Below, in pieces: positions 1-8,661 of a DNA stretch of 64,000 nt (positions are counted from its first letter, which is position 1; every line of letters starts with the position of its first letter). The stretch lies in the NCBI GenBank assembly GCA_965226375.1, contig CBDDCX010000006.1, positions 256,001 to 320,000 of the forward strand, in the 5' to 3' direction. The DNA comes from Longimicrobiales bacterium. Its GTDB lineage: Bacteria; Gemmatimonadota; Gemmatimonadetes; Longimicrobiales; Gaopeijiaceae. The notes under the pieces were generated by a model. That model was not told the origin of the DNA, searched no databases, and worked only from the letters and a program-made list of their open reading frames with translations. Both the position numbers and the translations under genes were made by a program.

Positions 1-1701
1 GACCCGGGATCCTGGACGGACGTCCGCGAGCAAGGGCGCCGGGTCAGTGTGGTGAAGGACTCCCGCCTGCCTCCGCAGGTGCAGACGGCGGCCAACGGGT
101 TTGCCGCACTCTTGATGGCCGTCACGGGAATCGTCCTCCTGATCGCGTGTGCGAACGTGGCCAACCTGACACTTGCCCGGGCGTCTCGCCGCAACCGTGA
201 GCTGGCCGTGCGCCTATCCCTGGGCGCCGGCCGGGGCCGAATCGTTCGTCAGCTACTCGCCGAGAGCGGCATCATCGGGTTGGTCGGCGGACTGGCCGGG
301 GCGGCGCTGACCTTCGCGGGGGTCGCGTTCGCCGAGTCCTATCGTCCCGCCACCGGCGTCGCCATCTCCCTCGACCTGGGAGTCGATGGCACGGTGCTGC
401 TGTTCAGCATCTCCGTTACAATGCTCACGGTGGTGGCGGTCGGGTTGCTGCCTGCGCTGAAGGCTTCGCGGCCCGATCTGGTGACCGACCTCAAGGAGGG
501 CGGGGACGGAGCCGGCGCGGCACGCCGCTTGTTAAACCTGAAGAACCTTCTCGTGGTTGCGCAGGTCTCGGCTTCTCTCGTTCTTCTCGTGGGTGCGGGC
601 CTTTTTCTCAAGAGTCTTCAGTCCGCCATGCGGCTGGACGCGGGGTTCGAGCCCGACGGGCTCGCCACGGTCGCGCTGAGCCTGGCTCGCGAGGGGTTCA
701 GCGTAGAGGAGGCCGAGCTCTTCTTTGCGGATCTGAACGAGCGGGTGGCGGCTCTTCCGGGAGTAGAGTCCACGGCCCGGACGGACGCACTGCCTCTGAC
801 GATTTCCGCGGGTAGACGGCGCGGCGTGACCGTTCCGGGCTACACGCCGCTCGAGGGCGAGGACATGGAGTTCCAGTTCTTCGCCGTGAGCCCGGGGTAC
901 TTCTCGACCCTACGGAACCCACTGCGTGCGGGGAGGGAATTTGCCGCCGAGGACGGCCCCGAGGGAGCCGAAGCGGTGATCGTGAACGAGGCGTTCGCCG
1001 AGCACTTCTGGCCGGGTGAGGAGCCGCTGGGCAAGCTAGTCAACTGGAGTGGCAACGCGGATGCGCAGGTCGTGGGCGTGGCGGCCGACGCCGCGTACCG
1101 CACGCTCAACGAGGAGACGCGCATCGCGTTCTTTACTCCCTTGAGACAGACTCCGTCGGCCGCACAGACGCTCATCGCGCGCACGTCGCCCGATCGCGCC
1201 GAAGATCTACTCGGGCCGATCAGGGCCGAGGTCATGGCTCTCAACTCTCGGCTGCCGATCTCGTCGCTCCGCACGGTGAACGAAGCCGTCGCAGGCACAC
1301 TTCTGCCTCAGCGGATCGCCTCGTGGCTGCTCTCGATAGCCGGCGGACTGGGGCTGCTCCTGGCGTCCCTTGGGCTCTACGGTGTCATGTCGGTCGTAGT
1401 GGCCCAGAGGACTCGCGAGGTCGGAGTGCGGATGGCACTCGGAGCAAGCCAGGGCGATGTGGTTCGCATGGTGGTGCGGCAGGGTCTCCGTCTGGCGGTG
1501 GTCGGATCCGTCGTGGGACTTCTGCTCGCCGGCGGGGTGACGCGGTTCCTCGAGTCGCTGCTGTTCGGAGTGAACGCGCTCGATCCCGTGGTGTTCCTCG
1601 GGATGCCTCTAGCGGCTCTGCTGGTCGCGGGCGTGGCGAGTTTCCTGCCTGCGCGAAGGGCGGCGAGCGTCGATCCGGCGATCACGCTTCGGGAGGAGTA
1701 G
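1..1701 (+). CDS. ABC transporter permease, ADOP (duplicated MacB/FtsX) type; 5' end outside window
   Basis: Frame is open from base 1; LLIACANVANL..R.RELAVRLSLGAGRGRIVRQLL and QRTREVGVRMALGA..PARRAA.VDP..LREE motifs of the two FtsX domains. Confidence 0.93.
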   Translation, partial: DPGSWTDVREQGRRVSVVKDSRLPPQVQTAANGFAALLMAVTGIVLLIACANVANLTLARASRRNRELAVRLSLGAGRGRIVRQLLAESGIIGLVGGLAGAALTFAGVAFAESYRPATGVAISLDLGVDGTVLLFSISVTMLTVVAVGLLPALKASRPDLVTDLKEGGDGAGAARRLLNLKNLLVVAQVSASLVLLVGAGLFLKSLQSAMRLDAGFEPDGLATVALSLAREGFSVEEAELFFADLNERVAALPGVESTARTDALPLTISAGRRRGVTVPGYTPLEGEDMEFQFFAVSPGYFSTLRNPLRAGREFAAEDGPEGAEAVIVNEAFAEHFWPGEEPLGKLVNWSGNADAQVVGVAADAAYRTLNEETRIAFFTPLRQTPSAAQTLIARTSPDRAEDLLGPIRAEVMALNSRLPISSLRTVNEAVAGTLLPQRIASWLLSIAGGLGLLLASLGLYGVMSVVVAQRTREVGVRMALGASQGDVVRMVVRQGLRLAVVGSVVGLLLAGGVTRFLESLLFGVNALDPVVFLGMPLAALLVAGVASFLPARRAASVDPAITLREE

Positions 1702-1845
1702 GGGGGGCCTCCCGGTTCCTGGCCGCCTTGACACTCTCTCTCCCGGCCGTCGTACGGATATGCGATGAGCCGTGTGGCAGGGGCCGATCAGGCTCAGTAC
1801 ATCGGCGACGTTGTGGGGGTTGGACAACGGGGTGGAGGAGTGTTG

Positions 1846-2124
1846 ATGAGATCGCTTGCCATCGGACTGATCGTGCTCATGGGGACGGTGTGTTCGGCCG
1901 CCGATCCCGCGCCGACGAACTTCGAGAGCGAGGGACCGGAGCCGCCTTCGCTCCCCGCACGTGTTCCGAGACCAGGCGGAGTGGCTCGAGCCTATCCTCG
2001 GCATCGATCTGGCCCGGTTCGAGTTCCCGCCCCCACCGCCGTGAGGGGTAGGGGGTGCGAAGGACCGGCTAGGCCCCGGCTCCACGTGGGCGGATCTCGC
2101 CCATTACCTCCACGTCGACCTTGA
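1846..2124 (+). CDS. possible small exported Pro-rich protein or gene remnant
   Basis: Strong SD GGAGGAG (1834-1840) before ATG 1846; signal-like MRSLAIGLIVLMGTVCSA; the rest is low-complexity and overlaps the convergent gene. Confidence 0.3.
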   Translation: MRSLAIGLIVLMGTVCSAADPAPTNFESEGPEPPSLPARVPRPGGVARAYPRHRSGPVRVPAPTAVRGRGCEGPARPRLHVGGSRPLPPRRP

Positions 2125-2452
2125 ACCCCCGGAACGTCGCGGGGATCTGCTCCGCAACGGTGGTGTCCGCGCGCACGAGGTAGACCTTGATGCACACGGT
2201 ATCGCCGCAGAGGCCGACCGCCGTTCCGTTGACACCAGGCAGCGCCATCACCGTCTTGGTGAGTTCTTCCTGAGCGGCGATGATGGCGTCGTCCGGCATG
2301 ACAGTCTCCTCTGTGGCGGCCGGGCTGGCGCCCTCTTCGGCCGACGGGTCATCGGCGGGCGCCCGGCCGGCGCCCCCGCACGCTACGGCGCTCCATAGCA
2401 GTAACGCCGTGAGGCAGAGGGCCCGGGCCGTGCGTCGCCACCGCTCTGTCAT
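2069..2452 (-). CDS. lipoprotein resembling the N-terminal pro-domain of the adjacent serine protease
   Basis: Lipobox-like LLLWSAVA-C; C-terminal domain VMALPGVNGTAVGL...VDVEVMGEIRP aligns by eye with the protease N-terminus. Confidence 0.8.
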   Translation of the reverse strand: MTERWRRTARALCLTALLLWSAVACGGAGRAPADDPSAEEGASPAATEETVMPDDAIIAAQEELTKTVMALPGVNGTAVGLCGDTVCIKVYLVRADTTVAEQIPATFRGFKVDVEVMGEIRPRGAGA

Positions 2453-2480
2453 CGAACCTCCGAGCGGGGTAGACGCTCTC

Positions 2481-3458
2481 CTAGTTCCCGTCGATCGTCA
2501 GATCGCCGAAGCGGTGGAGGATCGGATCGATCGGGCTGATGATCGTCGATAGGCGTGAGCCGGCGAAGAGGAGTCCCACAGGCCTGCGATCGTCGTTGGA
2601 CGCCCGGCCTTTCCCGTCGACCACGACCAGGGATCCCGAATCGCCTCCGTCACTGAAGGCTCCAGGTGTGATGATGATCTGGCCAACAAAGCAGGCGACG
2701 CCGTTAGCGCCGTAGTTGACGCTTACAGTTGCGTTGATCGCATTCACCGAGCCCTTCGTCTGACCCGTGGTTCGGCCGAACTTCTTCACCTTCATATTGA
2801 GCGCGGCGCCGACGGTCGTCGATGAGGGCGTCCCGTAGCCAGCGCTGGGGGTGGAGTTGCCGAGGGAGTCGGCGTCGGCGAGAGCGATCGCGGCGTCCAT
2901 TTCGTTGGTAGGGCTTGCGTCCATGACGTTAATGGTGTTGCAGGCGCCTTCGAAGACGATCGGCTCGAAGTCCGCGAGCGTCCCGATGTCGTCGTCTGGA
3001 CTGGTCCCCCCGTCGACATCGCCGGGTTGGATGACCGCGTCACCGATCGTGGCGTCGTTCTGGTCGGCGTACACGTGGTTGTTGCTCAGCGCCCAGACGT
3101 TCCCGTTTCCGTCCGTGACGCGCGCTCCGATGGTCCCAGCCGAGATGTCGGGGTGCCCAGTCGACACGCCGATCGGCACCGGCCGGTCCCAGCGTTCCGT
3201 TGGCGACGGCTCCGGCTCGGGGTCCGGTTCGGGGTCCGGATCGGGGGGAGGATCGTCGTCACACGGATCGAGCTTCCCCTTCCCACAGGTCGGTTTCCCC
3301 TGCGGCTTCGCCTGTGGTGGCGCCTGCCAGTCGAGTGCGCTGATCCTTCCTACGACCAACACCTCGACGCCCTCGGGCACGGAGACGCCCGCGTGTTCCA
3401 CCAACACCACGGCGGTCGGAAGTCCATCATTGCCGAGCGCGACGGCGGAACCGACCAC
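2481..3458 (-). CDS. trypsin-like (S1, Nal1-like) serine protease; true 5' end unclear
   Basis: Triad motifs LSNNHV, MDAAIA, GGDSGS; KFGRTTG motif; Pro/Asp/Glu linker. The frame continues upstream to a stop near 3594 with no ATG/GTG/TTG. Confidence 0.88.
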   Translation of the reverse strand: MVGSAVALGNDGLPTAVVLVEHAGVSVPEGVEVLVVGRISALDWQAPPQAKPQGKPTCGKGKLDPCDDDPPPDPDPEPDPEPEPSPTERWDRPVPIGVSTGHPDISAGTIGARVTDGNGNVWALSNNHVYADQNDATIGDAVIQPGDVDGGTSPDDDIGTLADFEPIVFEGACNTINVMDASPTNEMDAAIALADADSLGNSTPSAGYGTPSSTTVGAALNMKVKKFGRTTGQTKGSVNAINATVSVNYGANGVACFVGQIIITPGAFSDGGDSGSLVVVDGKGRASNDDRRPVGLLFAGSRLSTIISPIDPILHRFGDLTIDGN

Positions 3459-3646
3459 ACCAGGCGAGGCGAGGAGTCCTTTGGGGATCTGTCTCTGGAG
3501 ACGAAGCGCGCTGGGCAGGTGCCGGAGTGGGATTGCAAGTCGGGAGGGGAGGAGTTGGCCCCTCGCTGCCGTGTCGCACCAAGGTTGGCGCTCCTAGAAT
3601 ACGACTTGCCACCACCCGCGATCACTATGAGTCCAGGAAGTACCCC

Positions 3647-5059
3647 ATGCACCCAGCCGTTTCGAAGTGGACAAGCATGCTGACCCTCGCCCTGCTTTTG
3701 GCCGTCGTCCCCACCGGGATCGCGGCACAGGTAGACCTGACCGCCCTCCAGGACGAAGCCGTCCAGTGGCTCCAGGACTACATCAGCATCAACACGATCA
3801 ACCCGCCGGGGAACGAAATCCGAGGCGCGCGTTTTTTCGCCGGGATCTTCGACGCCGAAGGAATTCCGTATGAGATCGCCGAGTCGGCTCCGGGTCGTGG
3901 CAACATCTGGGCGCGGCTCGAAGGCGGCACTGAACCCGCAATGGTTCTGCTCCACCACATGGACGTGGTCCCCGCCGACGAGCGCTTCTGGAGCACCGAC
4001 CCCCTCTCGGGTGACCTGCGCGACGGTTACATCTACGGGCGCGGCGCCTTGGACACCAAGACGAGCGGCATCCTGCACCTCGCGTCGTTTCTCGCGCTCC
4101 ATCGCTCGGGCACGCCGCTCAAGCGGGACATCATCTTCATGGCCACGGCGGACGAGGAGGCGGGGGGTTTCTTCGGTGCCGGATGGCTGGCGGAGAACAG
4201 ACCGGAGATCTTCGAGGGTGTCGGGTTCCTGCTGAACGAGGGCGGCGGGGGCGAGGATGTATCAGGCAATATCCAGTTCGGCCTCGAGGTCACCCAGAAG
4301 GTGCCCTATTGGATCAGGGTCACGGCTTCGGGCGAGCCGGGGCATGGATCGAGGCCCCTGGTCTCCTACGCGTCTATCAAGTTGGTGGAGGCCTTGGATC
4401 GCCTGCGTCGCCACAGCTTCGACGCGCGCATCGTCCCCGCGGTCGATGAGCACCTCAAGGGCATGGCGGCGGGGCACCCGGAGCCCTGGCGGTCCCGTTT
4501 CGCGGATCTCGCGTCGGTTCTCGACGAACCCGGCCTTCTGCTCGAGCTTCAGGAGTACGACCCCGGGCTGCACGCATTAACGCGCAACACATGCTCCATC
4601 ACCCGGTTCGAGGGTAGTCCGAAGATCAACGTCGTCTCCCCGGAGGTGACCGCGGAGATCGATTGCCGGCTGCTGCCCGATCAAGACCCCGATGTTTGGC
4701 TCGCAGAGTTGCGTGGCGTGCTCGGCTCCGAGGTAGACGTCGAGGTCATCATGGGATTCAGCCCCGCGGTTTCTTCGACCGACACCGAGCTTTATCGCAC
4801 CATTCGTGACGTGACGCTCGAGGTTTTTCCCGACGCCAACTTCGTCCCCCAGGTGCTGGGCGGGTTTACCGACAGCCACTTTTTCAGGGATCTGGGCATT
4901 GTGAGCTACGGATACGAGGCCACTGCGACGCCCCAGGCCGACGCGAGTGGCGTGCACGGAAACGACGAGCGCGTGACGGAAGAGAATGTGCGTCGCGGTG
5001 TGACGATGACGCTCGAGATCCTTCAACGATTCGCGGCCACGCGGCGCATCATGGAGTAG
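3647..5059 (+). CDS. secreted M20/M25/M40 metallopeptidase
   Basis: SD AGGAAG; signal peptide; HHMDVVP, GRGALDTK, ADEE, LNEGG, VHGNDE metal-binding motifs. Confidence 0.93.
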   Translation: MHPAVSKWTSMLTLALLLAVVPTGIAAQVDLTALQDEAVQWLQDYISINTINPPGNEIRGARFFAGIFDAEGIPYEIAESAPGRGNIWARLEGGTEPAMVLLHHMDVVPADERFWSTDPLSGDLRDGYIYGRGALDTKTSGILHLASFLALHRSGTPLKRDIIFMATADEEAGGFFGAGWLAENRPEIFEGVGFLLNEGGGGEDVSGNIQFGLEVTQKVPYWIRVTASGEPGHGSRPLVSYASIKLVEALDRLRRHSFDARIVPAVDEHLKGMAAGHPEPWRSRFADLASVLDEPGLLLELQEYDPGLHALTRNTCSITRFEGSPKINVVSPEVTAEIDCRLLPDQDPDVWLAELRGVLGSEVDVEVIMGFSPAVSSTDTELYRTIRDVTLEVFPDANFVPQVLGGFTDSHFFRDLGIVSYGYEATATPQADASGVHGNDERVTEENVRRGVTMTLEILQRFAATRRIME

Positions 5060-5063
5060 GCAT

Positions 5064-5528
5064 ATGGACCATCACCCGGAGGGACATGAACACCCGACCG
5101 ATCCGAGCGAGGGGCGCGTCAGGCTAGCCACCAGCGCGACGGCGCACTGCCTGGCCGGCTGCGGCCTAGGGGAGGTTGTCGGAGTCATCATCGGGATCGC
5201 GATGGGCCTGAGCACCGTGGCCACGATCGTGCTGGCTGTGATTCTCGGTTTCGTCTTCGGGTTCGCATTGGGCCTGATCCCACTGCTTCGGGCCGGGTTC
5301 TCGCGCTCCTGGGCGTTCAAGCAGGTGCTGGTGGCCGAAGGCTTGAGCATCGCGGTCATGGAGACGGCCGAGGTTCTGGTCGAGGTCTACACCCCGGGCG
5401 TCATGACGTCGGGTCTAGCGAGCCCGATCTTCTGGATCGGGATGCTGGCGGCCCTGACGGCGGGCTTCATCACCGCGTGGCCGGTGAACTATTGGCTCGT
5501 GGGGAAGGGTATCCGGCATATCCACTAA
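5064..5528 (+). CDS. DUF4396-like membrane protein
   Basis: HCLAGCGLGEV motif, four TM segments, PVNYWLV.KG C-terminus, His-rich ends. Confidence 0.85.
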   Translation: MDHHPEGHEHPTDPSEGRVRLATSATAHCLAGCGLGEVVGVIIGIAMGLSTVATIVLAVILGFVFGFALGLIPLLRAGFSRSWAFKQVLVAEGLSIAVMETAEVLVEVYTPGVMTSGLASPIFWIGMLAALTAGFITAWPVNYWLVGKGIRHIH

Positions 5529-5597
5529 CGCCGATCGGCCGGCGCTTGGTGGCCTCCACTCGTCGTGTCGGCTCGTTGCTAACGGCTTCGAGTGGCT

Positions 5598-6263
5598 CTA
5601 CGGATCCAACCGCTCGAACTGATGCCTGAAGTAGTCGGACCAGCTAGCCGGTAGTGCCGGCACCGCAATGGCCTTCTCCAAGAGGGCAACGTTCTTCCGT
5701 TGGGTGGTATAGAGACTCGTGACATTAGCGACGGATAGCCCGTCCGGATGCTCAGAGAGCAACTCGATGGCATCTCCCGCCTTCACCTCGCCCTCCTCGA
5801 CGACGCCGAAATAGAAGCCGCTTCGCTCACTCTGAAGAAAGCGTTTCACCATGTCCGGGCGGTCGAAGCGCACGTTCAGCTTGACGCACGGCATGCGCGG
5901 CTCAGTCACCACCAAGCGCGTTGTGCCAATCCCGAATTCGTCACCGATGTGCACCGAGGCCTCGTCTGTGCCGTCCACGGTGAAGTTCTCCCCGAAATGG
6001 CCCCACCCGAAGTCGACCTCCGGTAGCTCGGTACGCCAGTAGTCGTAGTGGTGTGAAGGATAGACGTAGACCGATTTGGTGGGTCCGCCGTGCACGGAGA
6101 GGTCGGCCTGCCGGTCTCCGGCCAGATTGTACCCGCGTAGAGCCACCGGGCCTTCCACCGGCCTCTTGAAGATGCCGGTGACGATGTCTTGGCCCTTCCA
6201 CGAAACGGTCGTGGGCAGCCCCACGTTCACGGAAACCAATTTCATAGGTGTTCGATCGATCAC
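5598..6263 (-). CDS. MOSC domain protein (YiiM-like)
   Basis: GDRQAD..VHGG, FGENFT, PRMPCVKL, SGFY..V.EEG.V.AGD, C-terminal 3-alpha region; alternative start ATG 6245. Confidence 0.93.
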   Translation of the reverse strand: MIDRTPMKLVSVNVGLPTTVSWKGQDIVTGIFKRPVEGPVALRGYNLAGDRQADLSVHGGPTKSVYVYPSHHYDYWRTELPEVDFGWGHFGENFTVDGTDEASVHIGDEFGIGTTRLVVTEPRMPCVKLNVRFDRPDMVKRFLQSERSGFYFGVVEEGEVKAGDAIELLSEHPDGLSVANVTSLYTTQRKNVALLEKAIAVPALPASWSDYFRHQFERLDP

Positions 6264-6700
6264 GTCGACGACCTGAGGTCCCGGCTACCGGAACCCCCTC
6301 CCCGCAGCAGGATGTACGCCGACAAGACCATCACCACGGCCGGTATGATCGGTTCCTCGGGTTGGAGAGGGAACAGAGAGGGATCGTTGACCACGATGTG
6401 TACGTAGGTCCCCACGATCATGATGTTGAACACGAGCAGGGTGGCGATCCGCGTGTAGAAGCCGATCAGCAAGGCGCCGCCGACGCCGATCTCGATGAGG
6501 GGCACGACCCAGCGATTCAGGTCTTGAAATGGGATGTTCGCCGCCGCGAGTTGTCCGGCGAACGCGGCTCCCAGGACGGGTACAGCGAGCTTCATCACGC
6601 CGGTCATCACGAATAGGATTCCTACGGCGATGCGGATGCCTGCCGCGACTCGGTCGACTCGAGTGTTGCGGGTAGCCCGAAGGGTCTTGGTCAAGTTCAT
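6260..6700 (-). CDS. DoxX family membrane protein
   Basis: SD AAGGGAGG; R...G.LF...G..K, E...G..LL.G..TR, GGG..S.D motifs. Confidence 0.88.
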   Translation of the reverse strand: MNLTKTLRATRNTRVDRVAAGIRIAVGILFVMTGVMKLAVPVLGAAFAGQLAAANIPFQDLNRWVVPLIEIGVGGALLIGFYTRIATLLVFNIMIVGTYVHIVVNDPSLFPLQPEEPIIPAVVMVLSAYILLRGGGSGSRDLRSST

Positions 6701-6824
6701 GGTCACGTCCTCCCTTAGCGTCATGATGGAGTCGGTTCCTCATCGCGAAAACCCGTCGGCAGGCGGATCCGGTCCCGGGGATCGAGGAGCCGGTCCGCCA
6801 GTGCCGGCAGTGAGCGAAGCTGGC

Positions 6825-7256
6825 TCAGTTCCCGATAGCCGGTTCCCAATCCTCGAGCCCGTGTATCGCACGAACGTCCGTGATGACGTCAGCGAACGTG
6901 CGCTCCGGCACGAACTTCAAGTCGTTCCAGCGGGCCACCCCGAGCTCGATGGAGAACTCTTCCAGCATGTGAGGCGCCGTCGTCTCAACGACCCAGAGGA
7001 ACGTGTGCTCGAGACCCGAGTGGTACTGATCCACGACGGCCGTAACACCGTACTTTGCCATCAATGGTCCGAGGTCGGTCTGGCTCAGGGCGATCACCTC
7101 CTTGGCCGTCTCACGATTGTTGATGGGGCAGTCGTGCCGATTGTGGGCGCCGTAGATGCCCCACAAGGTCGGTCCCGCGGCTTGCGCCGAGGCGATTCCG
7201 GGAAGCAATGGTACCGATGCAATTGTCGTGGCGAAGATGAGATGCTTGATGTTCAT
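6825..7256 (-). CDS. secreted hypothetical protein with H-x4-CP motif
   Basis: SD GGAG; signal peptide ending ASA-Q; AHNRHDCP and EHTF segments. Confidence 0.75.
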   Translation of the reverse strand: MNIKHLIFATTIASVPLLPGIASAQAAGPTLWGIYGAHNRHDCPINNRETAKEVIALSQTDLGPLMAKYGVTAVVDQYHSGLEHTFLWVVETTAPHMLEEFSIELGVARWNDLKFVPERTFADVITDVRAIHGLEDWEPAIGN

Positions 7257-7373
7257 GACGGTTCTCCATGTGGGTGTCGGGCAAGGGTGGTGCTCGTTCA
7301 TGCTGCTTTCATCGCGGACAAGGCCTGGTCAGTGGTGACCACGTCGTTGGCGATGTCTCCTTAGTGTGGTCTC

Positions 7374-7391
7374 TTACCGAACGTTCGGTAA
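7374..7391. promoter_or_regulatory. perfect 18-bp palindrome TTACCGAACGTTCGGTAA, putative TetR operator
   Basis: Lies upstream of the minus-strand hypothetical-doxX-MOSC operon; core repeated at 8016-8029. Confidence 0.85.
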
Positions 7392-7440
7392 AGATCATCG
7401 AAAAATAGAACTCCGCGCTCAGAGTAAGGTCGCATGGGGT

Positions 7441-8001
7441 CTAGTCCGGTTTCCTAAGAAGATCCCGAGGAAGGTTCTTGAGTGTCCGCTGGAAGGGTAG
7501 GACATCACCTTTCGCGCGGGCCATCACGAGACCACCCTGGATGCGGATCAACGCATCCTCGGCCCGCTCGCGCGCCGTGCGTGTCGGGAGACCCGACTCT
7601 CGCAGCATCGTGGCGATGGCTTCGATCCAGGCTTCCATCCCAGCCCTTTGATAGTCCCGCATTCCGCCCTCAACGGTGCCGAAGGAGAGCGCGTCGAGAA
7701 GGCAGGACCGCTTGCCGCCCTCGTAGAACTCACTCAGCTTTACCGCCATCTGTCGAAGACGATCCTCCGGCGGACCCGATTCTGCGAGAGGAGCGAGGGC
7801 ATTTTCCGCCAGCCATTCGCCCGCGCAGTACAGGACGGCCTCGGCCATCTCGGCCTTTCCGCCCGGGAAGCGGTGATAGAGGCTCGCACGCTTTAGCCCG
7901 GTGGCCTCCGAGATCTTGCTCAGGCTCGCTCCCTCGTAGCCGTGCGTGCGGAATACTTCCGTCAGGCACTTCAGCAGCGCGGTGTCGGTGATCTTGGTCA
8001 T
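7441..8001 (-). CDS. TetR/AcrR family transcriptional regulator
   Basis: F..HGYEGASLSKISEATGLKRASLYHRFPGGK HTH; start ATG 8001 (or 8010). Confidence 0.95.
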   Translation of the reverse strand: MTKITDTALLKCLTEVFRTHGYEGASLSKISEATGLKRASLYHRFPGGKAEMAEAVLYCAGEWLAENALAPLAESGPPEDRLRQMAVKLSEFYEGGKRSCLLDALSFGTVEGGMRDYQRAGMEAWIEAIATMLRESGLPTRTARERAEDALIRIQGGLVMARAKGDVLPFQRTLKNLPRDLLRKPD

Positions 8002-8008
8002 GGCAGCC

Positions 8009-8037
8009 ATATTATACCGAACGTTCGGTCAAGTCAA
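8009..8037 (-). promoter_or_regulatory. sigma70-type promoter of tetR with an operator copy in the spacer
   Basis: TTGACT (8037-8032)-N17-TAATAT (8014-8009); palindrome ACCGAACGTTCGGT at 8016-8029; ATG 8001 lies 7 nt after the -10. Confidence 0.75.
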
Positions 8038-8134
8038 CCCCCTTTCGGATCACGTCTCCGAGAGGTGCAGGCCGCGGGATTCGTAGGCGCTCCACATCCT
8101 TGCCGCCCGCGGCCGTGAGGCGCATGGTGACCCC

Positions 8135-8296
8135 ATGAAAGGTTTCCTCAACATGATGGGCATGTCCGTCGGCGGATGGCTGGGCTGGATGATCGGAGCT
8201 CCGATCTCGTTCTTCACAGCTTTTGTGGTCAGCATGGTCGGGACCGGCGTCGGGTTGTACGTGACCCAGCGCACCTTGAAGCGCCTTCTTCCCTGA
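8135..8296 (+). CDS. small 53-aa two-TM membrane protein (below ORF-track cutoff)
   Basis: MKGFLNMMGMSVGGWLGWMIGAPISFFTAFVVSMVGTGVGLYVTQRTLKRLLP*; Gly-rich hydrophobic; ends 14 nt before the next gene. Confidence 0.75.
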   Translation: MKGFLNMMGMSVGGWLGWMIGAPISFFTAFVVSMVGTGVGLYVTQRTLKRLLP

Positions 8297-8310
8297 AGCG
8301 GAGCATCAGG

Positions 8311-8634
8311 ATGTGGGACACGAAAGTGCTCTGGCTCGACGCGGCAGTCGTACTAGGGATCTTCGCGGTCGGTAGCATCTTGTTCGGCCACTTCGAGGAG
8401 CACCGGCCCAAGTGGCGGCGGGTGCTCAAGCTGGTGATCGTCCTAGGGGTGGTGCTGGGACTTTCTGCAACGGTGGGCCGAGCATGGGCCTACGGTGTGT
8501 TGGCCCTACCTCTCCTGGGTGCCCTCGTCATCCACACGTGGTGGCTTCCCAAGAACGGCGTGAACGGATGGACGGGCGAGCCGAAGGAGCGCTACTACGA
8601 GCTGATCGGCCACAGGAAGGGCGATCAGTCTTGA
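8311..8634 (+). CDS. small membrane protein, hypothetical
   Basis: SD GGAG; three TM segments; FGHFEE..P.WRR..K and H.WWLPK.G.NGWTGEP..RYY segments. Confidence 0.8.
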   Translation: MWDTKVLWLDAAVVLGIFAVGSILFGHFEEHRPKWRRVLKLVIVLGVVLGLSATVGRAWAYGVLALPLLGALVIHTWWLPKNGVNGWTGEPKERYYELIGHRKGDQS

Positions 8635-8661
8635 GGCGTGTGCCCGTTGCGCCAGCGCGGG

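Noticed and set aside
1..1701. Missing 3' half of the truncated permease at 49474-50973
   Set aside because: This gene has its own first FtsX domain with a different sequence, so it is a separate paralogue
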